Source of the DNA: an uncultured virus (IMG/VR IMGVR_UViG_3300027896_000015)
Taxonomy: Duplodnaviria > Heunggongvirae > Uroviricota > Caudoviricetes
Virus record (IMG/VR): IMGVR_UViG_3300027896_000015
DNA length: 20,000 bases
Direction: 5' to 3' (one strand)
Shown here: positions 1 to 8,985 of the stretch, piece by piece
Layout: every line of letters starts with the position of its first letter
Position numbering within the stretch: the stretch's first letter is position 1
Program-made: the position numbers and the translations under genes
The notes under the pieces: generated by a model
The model's database searches: none
The model's input: the letters and a program-made list of their open reading frames with translations, nothing else
What the model was told of the DNA's origin: nothing

Positions 1-272
1 TGTTCATGACCGAAGCCTGCAACGCCCAGCCGGGGCTCAGGGACGGCGCGGTGCAGCAGGGGGTCTTCCAGGAGAAGGCCGCGGAGATGCCCGACAGGAC
101 GGGCGGCGAGATGCTGAAGGAGAAGAACAGGCTCCGCCGCGTCGCGATCCAGCGCGTCAAGGACGGCGCCGGCGACTGGCAGAAGGTCGCGGGCACGACA
201 AAGGCCGAGATATCCGACCCCTTCGCCGAAGAGCTTGAAAAGAGGCTGGAAGGCCTCGGACTGAAACAATAA
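1..272 (+). CDS. Hypothetical phage protein, probably the 3' end of a gene starting before the window
   Basis: Frame is open from the window edge through ATG 6 to TAA 270-272. High-GC3 codon usage matches the downstream genes. The stop overlaps the RBS (taaggag) of the next gene. Confidence 0.65.
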   Translation, partial: FMTEACNAQPGLRDGAVQQGVFQEKAAEMPDRTGGEMLKEKNRLRRVAIQRVKDGAGDWQKVAGTTKAEISDPFAEELEKRLEGLGLKQ

Positions 273-283
273 GGAGTCCTGCA

Positions 284-1927
284 ATGGCCAGTTTCTTCAG
301 AAGCCCGGGCGACCTGGCCGACTGGGTCAGGCAGAGAGGATCGCGCGAGGAGGCGTCCGAGATCATCGTCAACCTCCCGGGCGTCGGGACGAAATACGCC
401 GAGGACGTCGCGGAGATATCCAGGCGCATCTTCTCGAACAGGGACGCGGATAACGCGGCCCGCACGCTGTTCGAGATGCTCAAGCAGGCCGGAATCACCG
501 AGGACGGAGTCAAGGAGGCGGTCGCCGGGCGCGACGCCAGGATAGCCGCCGAGGCCCTGGAGAAGTCAGGCGTCGTCTCCGCGGAAGAGTCCGCAAAGAT
601 GATCAAGCAGGCGCAGATCATGCGCCAGCCCGGCGAGTACATCATGCCGCTGCGGTACTGCCCCAAGCTCCCCATGCAGTCCAACGGCCACGGGCTGATC
701 AGCACCTACAACTGCAGGCACTACTGCCTCGACAGCCTCGTCCTCGACGACGATCCGGGCAGGGTCTACTGCCTTGAAGCCATGTGGCGCCGCCACGTCA
801 TGGACAAGTTCTCCCACGAATGGCGCGACCGCGAGACTGGCAAGTGGGTCGGCGGGTACATCAACAGCCGCTTCCATGTGTTCCCCGACGGCGGAACGCC
901 GGGCAACCCAGACGCCCCCAGGGACGGCGGGAATCTGATGGGTCTGAAGCCGAACGAGAAGTCCAAGCAGCCCAGAAAGCACGAATGGTCGACCGAACGC
1001 AGGCTGGACGAGCAGCGCGGCAACAAGCTGAAGTCGTTCCTGTCGACCGCTTCCGCCAAGGGCTTCAAGCGCGAAGCCGGAATCCATTACACGGACTATT
1101 CCCCCGAGTCGGTTCTCGGTTTCCTGATGAACGACAAGAAGCCCAGCCAGGCGCTTGTCGATGCGTACAAGACCTACTCCGACAACGCCAAGAACCTCAT
1201 GCTGAGCTGGGCGGCATCCAACGGCGACAAGTTCGCGTCGCCCGAGGCGCAGGCCGAATGGCTGAAGCTCGCCGACGATGGCGAGGCGCAAGCCGACATT
1301 CTGTTCACGCTCCGAGGGGACGGAATCGGGATATGGGACGGCAGATGGGACAAGTATTTCAAGGACGAGAAGACGCTGGAAGAGATTGAGAACTACCTGA
1401 AGGAAAACCTGAAGGAGTACGCCGATGTCGGAGACTCGGGCATTCTCGACGTCATAATGTTCGAAGAGACCGAAGGAGTCGAAGCGTCGGCAAACAGGCA
1501 GGTCCTCCTGGCCGCGGGCCGCGAGAACTTCGTCAAGATCGCATCGGAAAGCCCCAGGAAGTCCGGCGATCCGGTGTTCGGCATCTTCTCGGCGGCCGTC
1601 GAGCTGAGAAGCCAGGGAGTCGAGGACTCCGAAGCGGCTTCAAGGATCGCCAAGACGTTCGCGACGGATATCGGCAAGGTCGCGTCAATACAGTCGCAAG
1701 CCCTGTCCAAGATGGCGGCCCACCTGTCGGACGTCTATTCAGCCGAAGGCCCGTCGGCGCCCAAGGACGAGATGGACGACGCCAAGGAACTCGGGCTTCT
1801 CGACAATCCGCAATGCCCGCAATGCCAGGGTCCAGGCGTGCCGCTCGGCAAGCTCGGCAAGCGCATGCACTATCGCTGCAGGAACTGCGGAGCGGATTTC
1901 AGCCAAACTGAAGAATCTGCAAAATAG
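284..1927 (+). CDS. Hypothetical 547-aa protein, probably head-associated, with a Cys-rich segment and a C-terminal zinc ribbon
   Basis: RBS AAGGAG just upstream. Motifs YCPKLP..YNCRHYCLD..VYCLEA and C-terminal CPQC-x17-CRNC. Lies directly before the portal-like gene. Confidence 0.8.
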   Translation: MASFFRSPGDLADWVRQRGSREEASEIIVNLPGVGTKYAEDVAEISRRIFSNRDADNAARTLFEMLKQAGITEDGVKEAVAGRDARIAAEALEKSGVVSAEESAKMIKQAQIMRQPGEYIMPLRYCPKLPMQSNGHGLISTYNCRHYCLDSLVLDDDPGRVYCLEAMWRRHVMDKFSHEWRDRETGKWVGGYINSRFHVFPDGGTPGNPDAPRDGGNLMGLKPNEKSKQPRKHEWSTERRLDEQRGNKLKSFLSTASAKGFKREAGIHYTDYSPESVLGFLMNDKKPSQALVDAYKTYSDNAKNLMLSWAASNGDKFASPEAQAEWLKLADDGEAQADILFTLRGDGIGIWDGRWDKYFKDEKTLEEIENYLKENLKEYADVGDSGILDVIMFEETEGVEASANRQVLLAAGRENFVKIASESPRKSGDPVFGIFSAAVELRSQGVEDSEAASRIAKTFATDIGKVASIQSQALSKMAAHLSDVYSAEGPSAPKDEMDDAKELGLLDNPQCPQCQGPGVPLGKLGKRMHYRCRNCGADFSQTEESAK

Positions 1928-1934
1928 CGGTCAA

Positions 1935-1959
1935 AGGACGGGCGCGCGTGTTGTATAAT
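1935..1959 (+). promoter_or_regulatory. Possible promoter for the portal gene
   Basis: TATAAT at 1954-1959 in the intergenic gap and AGGA at 1935-1938. No canonical TTGACA. May be a variant of the AGGA..GAAT motif. Confidence 0.35.
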
Positions 1960-2035
1960 GGCGGCAAGGCAGAAAGCTTGGCCTAAATACGGACGCAGCG
2001 CCCGTTTTTGTGCCGGGCTGGAGGCGGTGGAAAAT

Positions 2036-5000
2036 ATGGCGTCCCCTTTGATAACAAGCGACCTAGACTCCAACTTCAGGGCGGCCCTTCAGGGAGGAAC
2101 GTCCATACCGGGATTCCGCTCCTTCTCGGGATCATCGATGTCGGAAATCATTTCTCCTGAGTCCATCATAAGGCAGGCGGCTGAAGCCGCGGCCAGAACC
2201 AACTACGCCCCAGGGGTGCTGGCCGCTACTGGCGACGGCATACGCAAGACGGCCAGCAGCGGCATCATCTACACCCAGCCCATATTCTTCTCGCCGATCC
2301 ACACGCCAATCAACTGGCAGATACCGTCAAAACGAAGAGAAATAATGCAATGGTCGATTGTTGATGGGCAATTGCTCAGAGAAGATTTTACATACGTATC
2401 GGTACACGATTTTGTTGTCGAAGGAGACACAACGGAAGATAGCGTTACTGGTGGGATCATGTGGGAACATCCAGAAACAGTTCCAATAGCATCAGGGACT
2501 GGACGAATGATTAACCCGTCAAAATGGAGTGCGCGATCTTCTTGCGATAAGCGGTCGTTCGAGTTTTTCACATACGGGTATCATCGAGGTTTTGCCGTTA
2601 CTGAAGAACATGGAGTGTATGTTCTTGACGGACATTGGTGGAGAAAAAAGCAGAAAAAAGAGAGTAACACGAGATATCGGCGTGATTTGGGCATTCCACC
2701 TAATGGCGTGGTCAAAGTGCATATTCCAGAAACCTTGATCGTCAAAAAAGATGCTAAAGACGTATCGCTAGAAGACTACTTGGTAACGCCGATTATGCCG
2801 TTCCCTGAATCTCATTCTGTCGGGAAGGACATGTCGTATCTGATAGGATTGTGCGCAGCTGATGGGTGTATACAGTCTGACAATGCAGTCAATGTGACAT
2901 CAAGCATTACAGATAAGCATGTTATTATGCTTGATGAAACATTCGAAAATGCCATTCTTGGATTGGTTAAATGTGTCACCAAACCTCATGCTTCATCGGC
3001 AAATGCATTGCGTACAACAGTTACTGGGAATCGTGTCGGTTTGCAATTTGGCAAGTATTTAACGGGCAAGCATACTAAAAAGAAGTTCACGAAAGACGTG
3101 TTTGACCTTCCCGAATTCGACATATTGGAGATTCTCGGTGGATACTTTGACGGAGATGGGAGTTACGTTCCTGAACAAGGAATCCTTGTCGCAAACAACT
3201 ATTCCGAGGACATGGCCGACCAAATATGGTGGATGCTTGTCAAATGCGGAATCAAGGCTAGCATTGGCAGGTATCCGCTGACGGGACGCCATTATCCGAC
3301 AACCACGACGCATTACTACAGAATCTTCGTCCCGTCTTCTGAGGTAACAAAGGTTGCCCCTTACATGAGATCGGGAAAAGTTCCTGCAGATTTTTCTCCG
3401 AAGACGGCTAGAGAACTGAAGTTTTTCCACGAAGAAAATGGCCAGAGATTCTTGTGCCAGCCTATCAGCGACATAAGGACTTTTCTGTATTCAGGAATCG
3501 GGCACGACATGCAAATCGATCCTGAAAAATCTTATGTTCTTAGCGGATTTAAAATATCTAATTGTCGCTACTATATGGAAAATGAGCCGAAAGTCGCGAC
3601 ATCGATTGAGTTCTATTCGCGATATCCCATCAACGGCTTCGTCCACGAATGTCACAACCGATACGTAAAAAGATACTACGACAAGCTGTCTGAGAGGCTC
3701 AATTTAATCCGATGGCTTAGAATTATCAGCCATGAGGCGCATCTGCTAGGTGACTGCTTCCCGTTCCTCGAGGCGGAGTGCGAAAGATGCGGGGGAACTG
3801 GTGCATTTCAGGGAAGAGTATGCAATCACGAAGGAGGATCGTTCAAGCGCATAGTCATTCTGAATCCAGAATCCGTCGAGGTCTATTCCGATCCCATCCA
3901 TCCTGACGTGATGATCGCGTTCGTCCCGAACGAGGAACTGCGCAATCTCATCATGAAGCGCGGGCCTGGGTTCGACCGTTTTTCAGTGGACGTCAGGAAC
4001 AAGATATTGTCGGGGATGCCCATCCTACTCGACAACAGGAACGTCAGCCACGTCAAGTACGGCGACAACGGCTACAACCGCTACGGGGTCGGCATGGTCA
4101 GAAGGCTGTTCCCCATGCTTGCCTACAAGACCAAGCTGATGACCGCCCAGTGGATTGTGTCGGAACGCCTCATCCTCCCGATAAAGATTGTGAAGATTGG
4201 AAGTGATCTGAGGCCAGCCAGCCCGCAGGATTTGGCCAACGCTCAGGCCTTGATGGCTCAGATTGCCAACGACCCGAACATGACGCTCGTGACGCACCAC
4301 AATTTCGAGCTGGACTTTTTCGGTGCGGCGGGCAAGGTGCTCCAGCTGACGGGCGAGTTCGAGATCATCAACCAGGAGATACTGGACGGCCTTGGAATCA
4401 ACAAGGCGCTGCTGAACGGTGAGGGACCTTGTGCAACCCCAGACGTAGAAGTGCTGACGGAAAACGGATGGAAGAAGTATTACGAAGTTTTCGACGGAGA
4501 AAAGCTGGCTGGTTTTGACCCCAAAACAGGAAAGATGATTTTCGAACATTTCAAGAACAGGATCGTCAGAAACTACGACGGAGATCTTGTTCACTTTAAG
4601 ACCGACACAATCGACATGCTTGTGACCGCAAACCACAGAATGTGGGTTCAAGAGAACAACGCCGACTGGCACGTCTCCGCAGCAGAAAACGTGAAATACG
4701 GAAGCAGAATGCGTGCATCTTTCTGCACATGCGAAGACCAGCCGATGGGTCTGCGAGACACGATCAAGACTATCGCCGAAAACGTCCAGGGCTATGAGAC
4801 GACTTCAAAATTGACAGCCGACAAACTGATGATGTCCGCCTTAAGAATGGGATATTATGCATCTGTTAGGCGTTCGGGTGCGGGCGATACGTTTATAGTC
4901 GATGTCACATCCGATGAGCTTGACAAGTTTCCTGTGCTGGACAACAGCGGGCGAAAAACTGGCGGACTAAATGAGCCCTGTATTTCAAGAATCCCGTACA

Positions 5001-7225
5001 AGGGCATAGTCTGGTGCTTCGAGATGCCGAACGAATTCTTGGTTCTGCGTCGCAACGGCAAGCCTCTAATTACCATGAACACCTATTGCGTTGACGATAG
5101 AACCAGGGTGCTTTCCGACGATGGGTTCAAGCTAAGAAGCGAACTGGACATCGAAAAGCATTCTGTTTTGACCTACAACCAAGAGAAGAACGTGTTCGAG
5201 TATCAGAAGGCGGTCAAAAAGTACGAATATGACTGGGATTCCGACAAGCGCGGCAATCTCTTGCATTTCAAGTCAAGAAACATCAATTGCGCCGTAACCC
5301 CTGAACACAAAATGTTGGTCATGCCCAAGGGGTCGACAGACTGGACGGTGAAGCACGCATCCGAAATCAAGCCTATGGATAAGTTTAGAACTGTCGGAGG
5401 AGGATTTGATTCCAGCGATGTCTTGGTCTCCAAGAAAGTCTGCGACATTGAGATCGCTGGGGACGACTTCATAGAGCTGATGGGATACTACTTGTCCGAG
5501 GGATATACGATCTGGAAGCCGCAGTTCAGGACGTATCAGATCCGCATATCGCAGAACGAGGGCGAGGTTTGCGACAGGATGGAAAAATGCCTTCAGAGAT
5601 GCGGATTCAGGCATACCATCTTCATGAGCAAGACGAAGAACGCCAACCACAAGAGCTTCATCATCTGCAGCAAGGATCTCGCCGCATGGATGTCGTCATA
5701 TTCGCCAGGCAAGGCGCGCGAAAAACGCGTGCCCAGAGAACTGATGTCGCTGAACATGCGCCAGCTTAAGCTGTTGTTCGACACAATGTGCATCGGGGAC
5801 GGCAGCGCCTATTCGCACGAGGGCGTATGTCATTCCATACCGACCGCCAATGCCATCATTAGCGGAATATGGGACAAGATTACCTACACGTCGGCGTCGT
5901 CGGGGCTGGCGGACGATATTCTTGAGCTGGCGGTCAAGCTTGGATATTACGCCAGGAAAATCGAGGATAAACGGTCTAAAAACAAGGTTTTCAGGGTCTA
6001 TATTCTGAAGTCGCCGCATGCTGGCTGTCCTGCGGTCGTTTGCAACAAGGAAGGCAAGCGCGGCGCGGCTGGGATCATTTCTGAGCCATATAAGGGCAAG
6101 GTGTGGTGCGTCGAAGTTCCCAATCATTTTATCGTCACCGAACTGGACGGGATGATCTCCATACACGGAAACTCTAACGCCGCCATCGGCGTCGAGGTCA
6201 TGATCGACAAGCTGGAGACCTGGAGGACGGAACTGGCTCAGTGGGTCGAGCAGAAGATATACCTCCCGATCGCCGTCATGAAGGGGTTCGTCGAGAAGAA
6301 CGAATGGGGCGAGATGGAGTACATCTATCCGCGGATCAAGTGGAACATCATGCATCTGCGCGACCAGCAGCAGTACCGCACGTTCATGACGCAGCTGCAC
6401 GAGAAGAACGTCATCTCCACCCAGCGGCTGCTGGAGACGTTCGACATCGACTACGACGAGGAAGTCGAGCTCATCCGCTGGGAGCGCGCGCAGGGCGCCT
6501 TGGGTGGCGCGCCGCAGCCCGGAGCGGAGCTCGGCGGCGGGTTCGGAGGAGGAATGCCAGGGCTCGGCGGAAGCGGCGGAGGCCCGCTGCCTGAGCTGGG
6601 CGGGCTCGGAGGCGGGATGGAAGAAGCCGGATCGCCGGCCTTGGGCGGCGGAGGCCCCGCCGGAGGCGGAGCCCCTGCGGCGCCGCCAGCCGGACCTCCC
6701 GGAGCCGGCATGAAGTCTTCATCCGTGGCCAACATCAAGGAGTTCGGCGGCATGGTGCTCAAGCAGCGCACCCGCGAGAAGATCATCAGCCAGCGCGATC
6801 GCGCCTTCAAGGCCCCTGCGAAGGGCAAGGACGGGGACGGGATGGTCCGGGACGGCAAGGGGCGGTTCATGATGACCAGCAACGAGAGGGAGCTGCTGAA
6901 GGGCCTTGTGCAGTCCGTCAGGAAGGGCGAGATACGGTTCGCGGTGATCCCACAGCATCCCGTCAAGGCGGGAGCCGAGGAGTACACCATCGACTTCGCC
7001 ATGCCCCAGATCAAGCTGGGCCTGGAGGTGGACGGCGCACTGTTCCACTCGACCAAGGAGCAGATCGCCGACGACCGCCGGCGCGACGACCTTCTTGCGC
7101 AGCAGGGATGGACGATCGTCAGGTTTACCGACCGCCAGGTCGAGACCCAGATGCGCCAGGTCATAGACTCCGTGATCAAGAACATGATCCGCAAAGAAAA
7201 TTGGCTGCAGGAAAAGAAGGGATAG
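2036..7225 (+). CDS. Phage portal-like protein precursor with three inteins and a C-terminal DUF559/Vsr-like nuclease domain (1729 aa precursor, about 747 aa after splicing)
   Basis: GGAGG RBS at about 2020 favours ATG 2036 over 1958. The spliced extein reads continuously: RREIMQW|CRYYMENEPKV..LLGDCFPF..ILNPESVEV..HVKYGDNGYNRYGVGMVRR..ILDGLGINKALLNGEGP|TY|SNAAIG. These motifs are portal-like, and the gene sits upstream of protease and capsid genes. Confidence 0.8.
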   Translation: MASPLITSDLDSNFRAALQGGTSIPGFRSFSGSSMSEIISPESIIRQAAEAAARTNYAPGVLAATGDGIRKTASSGIIYTQPIFFSPIHTPINWQIPSKRREIMQWSIVDGQLLREDFTYVSVHDFVVEGDTTEDSVTGGIMWEHPETVPIASGTGRMINPSKWSARSSCDKRSFEFFTYGYHRGFAVTEEHGVYVLDGHWWRKKQKKESNTRYRRDLGIPPNGVVKVHIPETLIVKKDAKDVSLEDYLVTPIMPFPESHSVGKDMSYLIGLCAADGCIQSDNAVNVTSSITDKHVIMLDETFENAILGLVKCVTKPHASSANALRTTVTGNRVGLQFGKYLTGKHTKKKFTKDVFDLPEFDILEILGGYFDGDGSYVPEQGILVANNYSEDMADQIWWMLVKCGIKASIGRYPLTGRHYPTTTTHYYRIFVPSSEVTKVAPYMRSGKVPADFSPKTARELKFFHEENGQRFLCQPISDIRTFLYSGIGHDMQIDPEKSYVLSGFKISNCRYYMENEPKVATSIEFYSRYPINGFVHECHNRYVKRYYDKLSERLNLIRWLRIISHEAHLLGDCFPFLEAECERCGGTGAFQGRVCNHEGGSFKRIVILNPESVEVYSDPIHPDVMIAFVPNEELRNLIMKRGPGFDRFSVDVRNKILSGMPILLDNRNVSHVKYGDNGYNRYGVGMVRRLFPMLAYKTKLMTAQWIVSERLILPIKIVKIGSDLRPASPQDLANAQALMAQIANDPNMTLVTHHNFELDFFGAAGKVLQLTGEFEIINQEILDGLGINKALLNGEGPCATPDVEVLTENGWKKYYEVFDGEKLAGFDPKTGKMIFEHFKNRIVRNYDGDLVHFKTDTIDMLVTANHRMWVQENNADWHVSAAENVKYGSRMRASFCTCEDQPMGLRDTIKTIAENVQGYETTSKLTADKLMMSALRMGYYASVRRSGAGDTFIVDVTSDELDKFPVLDNSGRKTGGLNEPCISRIPYKGIVWCFEMPNEFLVLRRNGKPLITMNTYCVDDRTRVLSDDGFKLRSELDIEKHSVLTYNQEKNVFEYQKAVKKYEYDWDSDKRGNLLHFKSRNINCAVTPEHKMLVMPKGSTDWTVKHASEIKPMDKFRTVGGGFDSSDVLVSKKVCDIEIAGDDFIELMGYYLSEGYTIWKPQFRTYQIRISQNEGEVCDRMEKCLQRCGFRHTIFMSKTKNANHKSFIICSKDLAAWMSSYSPGKAREKRVPRELMSLNMRQLKLLFDTMCIGDGSAYSHEGVCHSIPTANAIISGIWDKITYTSASSGLADDILELAVKLGYYARKIEDKRSKNKVFRVYILKSPHAGCPAVVCNKEGKRGAAGIISEPYKGKVWCVEVPNHFIVTELDGMISIHGNSNAAIGVEVMIDKLETWRTELAQWVEQKIYLPIAVMKGFVEKNEWGEMEYIYPRIKWNIMHLRDQQQYRTFMTQLHEKNVISTQRLLETFDIDYDEEVELIRWERAQGALGGAPQPGAELGGGFGGGMPGLGGSGGGPLPELGGLGGGMEEAGSPALGGGGPAGGGAPAAPPAGPPGAGMKSSSVANIKEFGGMVLKQRTREKIISQRDRAFKAPAKGKDGDGMVRDGKGRFMMTSNERELLKGLVQSVRKGEIRFAVIPQHPVKAGAEEYTIDFAMPQIKLGLEVDGALFHSTKEQIADDRRRDDLLAQQGWTIVRFTDRQVETQMRQVIDSVIKNMIRKENWLQEKKG
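2354..3562 (+). mobile_element. Intein 1 in portal (403 aa) with LAGLIDADG homing endonuclease
   Basis: Ser1 (SIVDGQLL), block B VTEEHGVY, LAGLIDADG-like YLIGLCAADG and ILGGYFDGDG, end GHDMQIDPEKSYVLSGFKISN, then Cys+1. Visibly lower GC than the exteins. Confidence 0.9.
4430..5080 (+). mobile_element. Intein 2 in portal (217 aa mini-intein, endonuclease mostly deleted)
   Basis: Cys1 (CATPDVEVLTENGWK), block B LVTANHRMWV, block F YKGIVWCFEMPN, end GKPLITMN, then Thr+1. Only a C-terminal endonuclease remnant (TTSKLTADKLMMSALRMGY) is left. Confidence 0.88.
5087..6172 (+). mobile_element. Intein 3 in portal (362 aa) with LAGLIDADG homing endonuclease
   Basis: Cys1 (CVDDRTRVLSDDGFK), block B AVTPEHKMLV, motifs LMGYYLSEG and LFDTMCIGDG, block F YKGKVWCVEVPN, end ISIHGN, then Ser+1. 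Confidence 0.9.
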
Positions 7226-7245
7226 AGCCTTCCTTCCCCGAATAA
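7217..7245 (+). promoter_or_regulatory. Bipartite promoter-like motif, copy 1 (AGGGAT-N16-GAATAA)
   Basis: Overlaps the portal stop codon and lies about 40 nt upstream of ATG 7288. Same spacing as three other copies. Confidence 0.6.
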
Positions 7246-7287
7246 CCTGTTCGGATCGCAGTCTCTCTTAATATCTGGAGAAGGATC

Positions 7288-8970
7288 ATGGGCATCATCA
7301 GCGAAGCCAAAGCCAAGCTTGCCGAGAAGAACATCACCTGGAGGGAAGCCTACACCGAGAAGAACCGCGAAATGAAGGACCAGTACGAGGCCGTCATCGG
7401 CCCGGGGTGCTATTTCCGGTTCGAGGGCGCCGACCAGGACTCGGGCGACGAGTACGTCGCCGTCATCGGACCCGGCAGGGTCAGAAGGCCGCGCCCCATG
7501 TGGTACGCCGGCGTCCGGAAGCAGCCGTCCGACTACCCGACCGGCGGCCAGTACTTCCCGAGCCTCAGGAAGGCGGCCGAGTACGCCCAGAAGACCTGGG
7601 GCATCCTGGTCCCGGCGTCGCTCAAGCACTATGACGTCGGCGTCCTGAAAGGAATCAAGTCGAAGATCGAGGACTGGAAGGACAGCACGGAGGACTCGGA
7701 ATCCAAGGAAGCCTCGTCGTTCAACATCATCGTGGTCGAGGCGGCCGAAAGGCTGATCAAGCGGCACGGATACTCCTGGTTCGACGTAGACGACGCGATC
7801 ACGGGATCCAGCCCGGGATTCGAGGAGGCGGCGGCGTCCGAGCCGCACCTCAGGCGGGCCTTGAACGCGGCGGTCGGAGAGCGCACCAAGAGGCGCATTC
7901 ACATCGCCAACGCCTACGGGGCCGAGCACGTCGACGACGACTTCTACAAGATATGGATCGTCCACAAGGCCGACGAGGGGACGTACCTTGTCTCCGTCGG
8001 TCCGTACTGCGGCGAGAAGTTCGACCAGGACGAGCGCGCGCGGGACAAGTTCGGGGTGTTCGTCTGGAAGCTCAACGAGGCCACGCAGCAGGATATCGAC
8101 TCCAAGGTCGAGAGCCTGATCAAGGAGTACGCCGACAAGTACGGCGTCGCGCTCGAGCGGTCGGACATCAACGTCCCGTCCCTTGAGGACAAGCCGTTCG
8201 CCGGCGAGATCACGGTCGGCAAGTCCGGCAGGCAGAAGATCTTCGGATCCCCCGAGTGGAAGCGCCAGGTGGCCGACTACTACGGAGTTCCCGAGGGGCG
8301 CGGCATGCACAAGAAGCTGCGCGACGAGTGGAAGGCCAGGAAGACGGAATGGAAGGCCAGGCTGGACGAGGCCTACAGGATCAGCAAGGAAAGCGGCGAC
8401 GCCTTCATCCGGCAGCAGCCCCCTCCCCCGCGGATCGACCTGGTCAAGAGGCCGTACGGGCAGCAGATTCCGACGGCGATCTACCGCGAGGCGGTTAACC
8501 CGGACGACGAGGGCGGCATGAGCCCGGCGCAGATCGTAGAGAAGTACGGCTTCGACAGCATCGCGGAGGCGGTCGGAAGGCTGACGACGACCGTCATGCC
8601 GGGGGCGCCGATCGGCGACGTCCCTTCGACGACGTCCGACGACCTCAAGGCGGCCAGACAGGAACGCGATCAGGACTCCCGCCAGGGACGCGGCATCGGC
8701 ATTCCCCAGCACAAGAAGGTCATGAAGAAGGAGCCGCAGGCGGTTCCGGCGGCGCCTACGGCGCCCGCAAAAGGCAAGCCTGAAAAGGCAAAGCAGGAGC
8801 CGGAGATACAGGATCTTCCGGACGTCGAGCTGGAGGAGTCGGACGTGTTCGCTTCGACGCGCGCGGCCCTCTCCGAGCTCGTCAAGCTAGCCGAGTCCAT
8901 GGACGACGCCGGAAGGCACGCCGAAGCGGAAGAGATTCACGGCATCCTCCGCAGGCATATCAGATCTTAA
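7288..8970 (+). CDS. Hypothetical 560-aa protein, probably head-associated or an internal head protein
   Basis: RBS GGAGAAGGA, high-GC3 codon usage, position between portal and protease. Has a Pro/Ala/Lys-rich linker and a C-terminal helical motif LVKLAESMDDAGRHAEAEEIHGIL. Confidence 0.8.
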   Translation: MGIISEAKAKLAEKNITWREAYTEKNREMKDQYEAVIGPGCYFRFEGADQDSGDEYVAVIGPGRVRRPRPMWYAGVRKQPSDYPTGGQYFPSLRKAAEYAQKTWGILVPASLKHYDVGVLKGIKSKIEDWKDSTEDSESKEASSFNIIVVEAAERLIKRHGYSWFDVDDAITGSSPGFEEAAASEPHLRRALNAAVGERTKRRIHIANAYGAEHVDDDFYKIWIVHKADEGTYLVSVGPYCGEKFDQDERARDKFGVFVWKLNEATQQDIDSKVESLIKEYADKYGVALERSDINVPSLEDKPFAGEITVGKSGRQKIFGSPEWKRQVADYYGVPEGRGMHKKLRDEWKARKTEWKARLDEAYRISKESGDAFIRQQPPPPRIDLVKRPYGQQIPTAIYREAVNPDDEGGMSPAQIVEKYGFDSIAEAVGRLTTTVMPGAPIGDVPSTTSDDLKAARQERDQDSRQGRGIGIPQHKKVMKKEPQAVPAAPTAPAKGKPEKAKQEPEIQDLPDVELEESDVFASTRAALSELVKLAESMDDAGRHAEAEEIHGILRRHIRS

Positions 8971-8985
8971 CGGGAGAGGCGGAAT

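Noticed and set aside
1958..2035. Upstream start of the portal ORF at 1958
   Set aside because: The ATG overlaps the TATAAT box and has no RBS. ATG 2036 has GGAGG upstream.
4430..6172. Inteins 2 and 3 as class 3 inteins because of Cys at block F4
   Set aside because: Both start with Cys1 and neither has Trp two residues after the block B His, so the WCT signature is incomplete.
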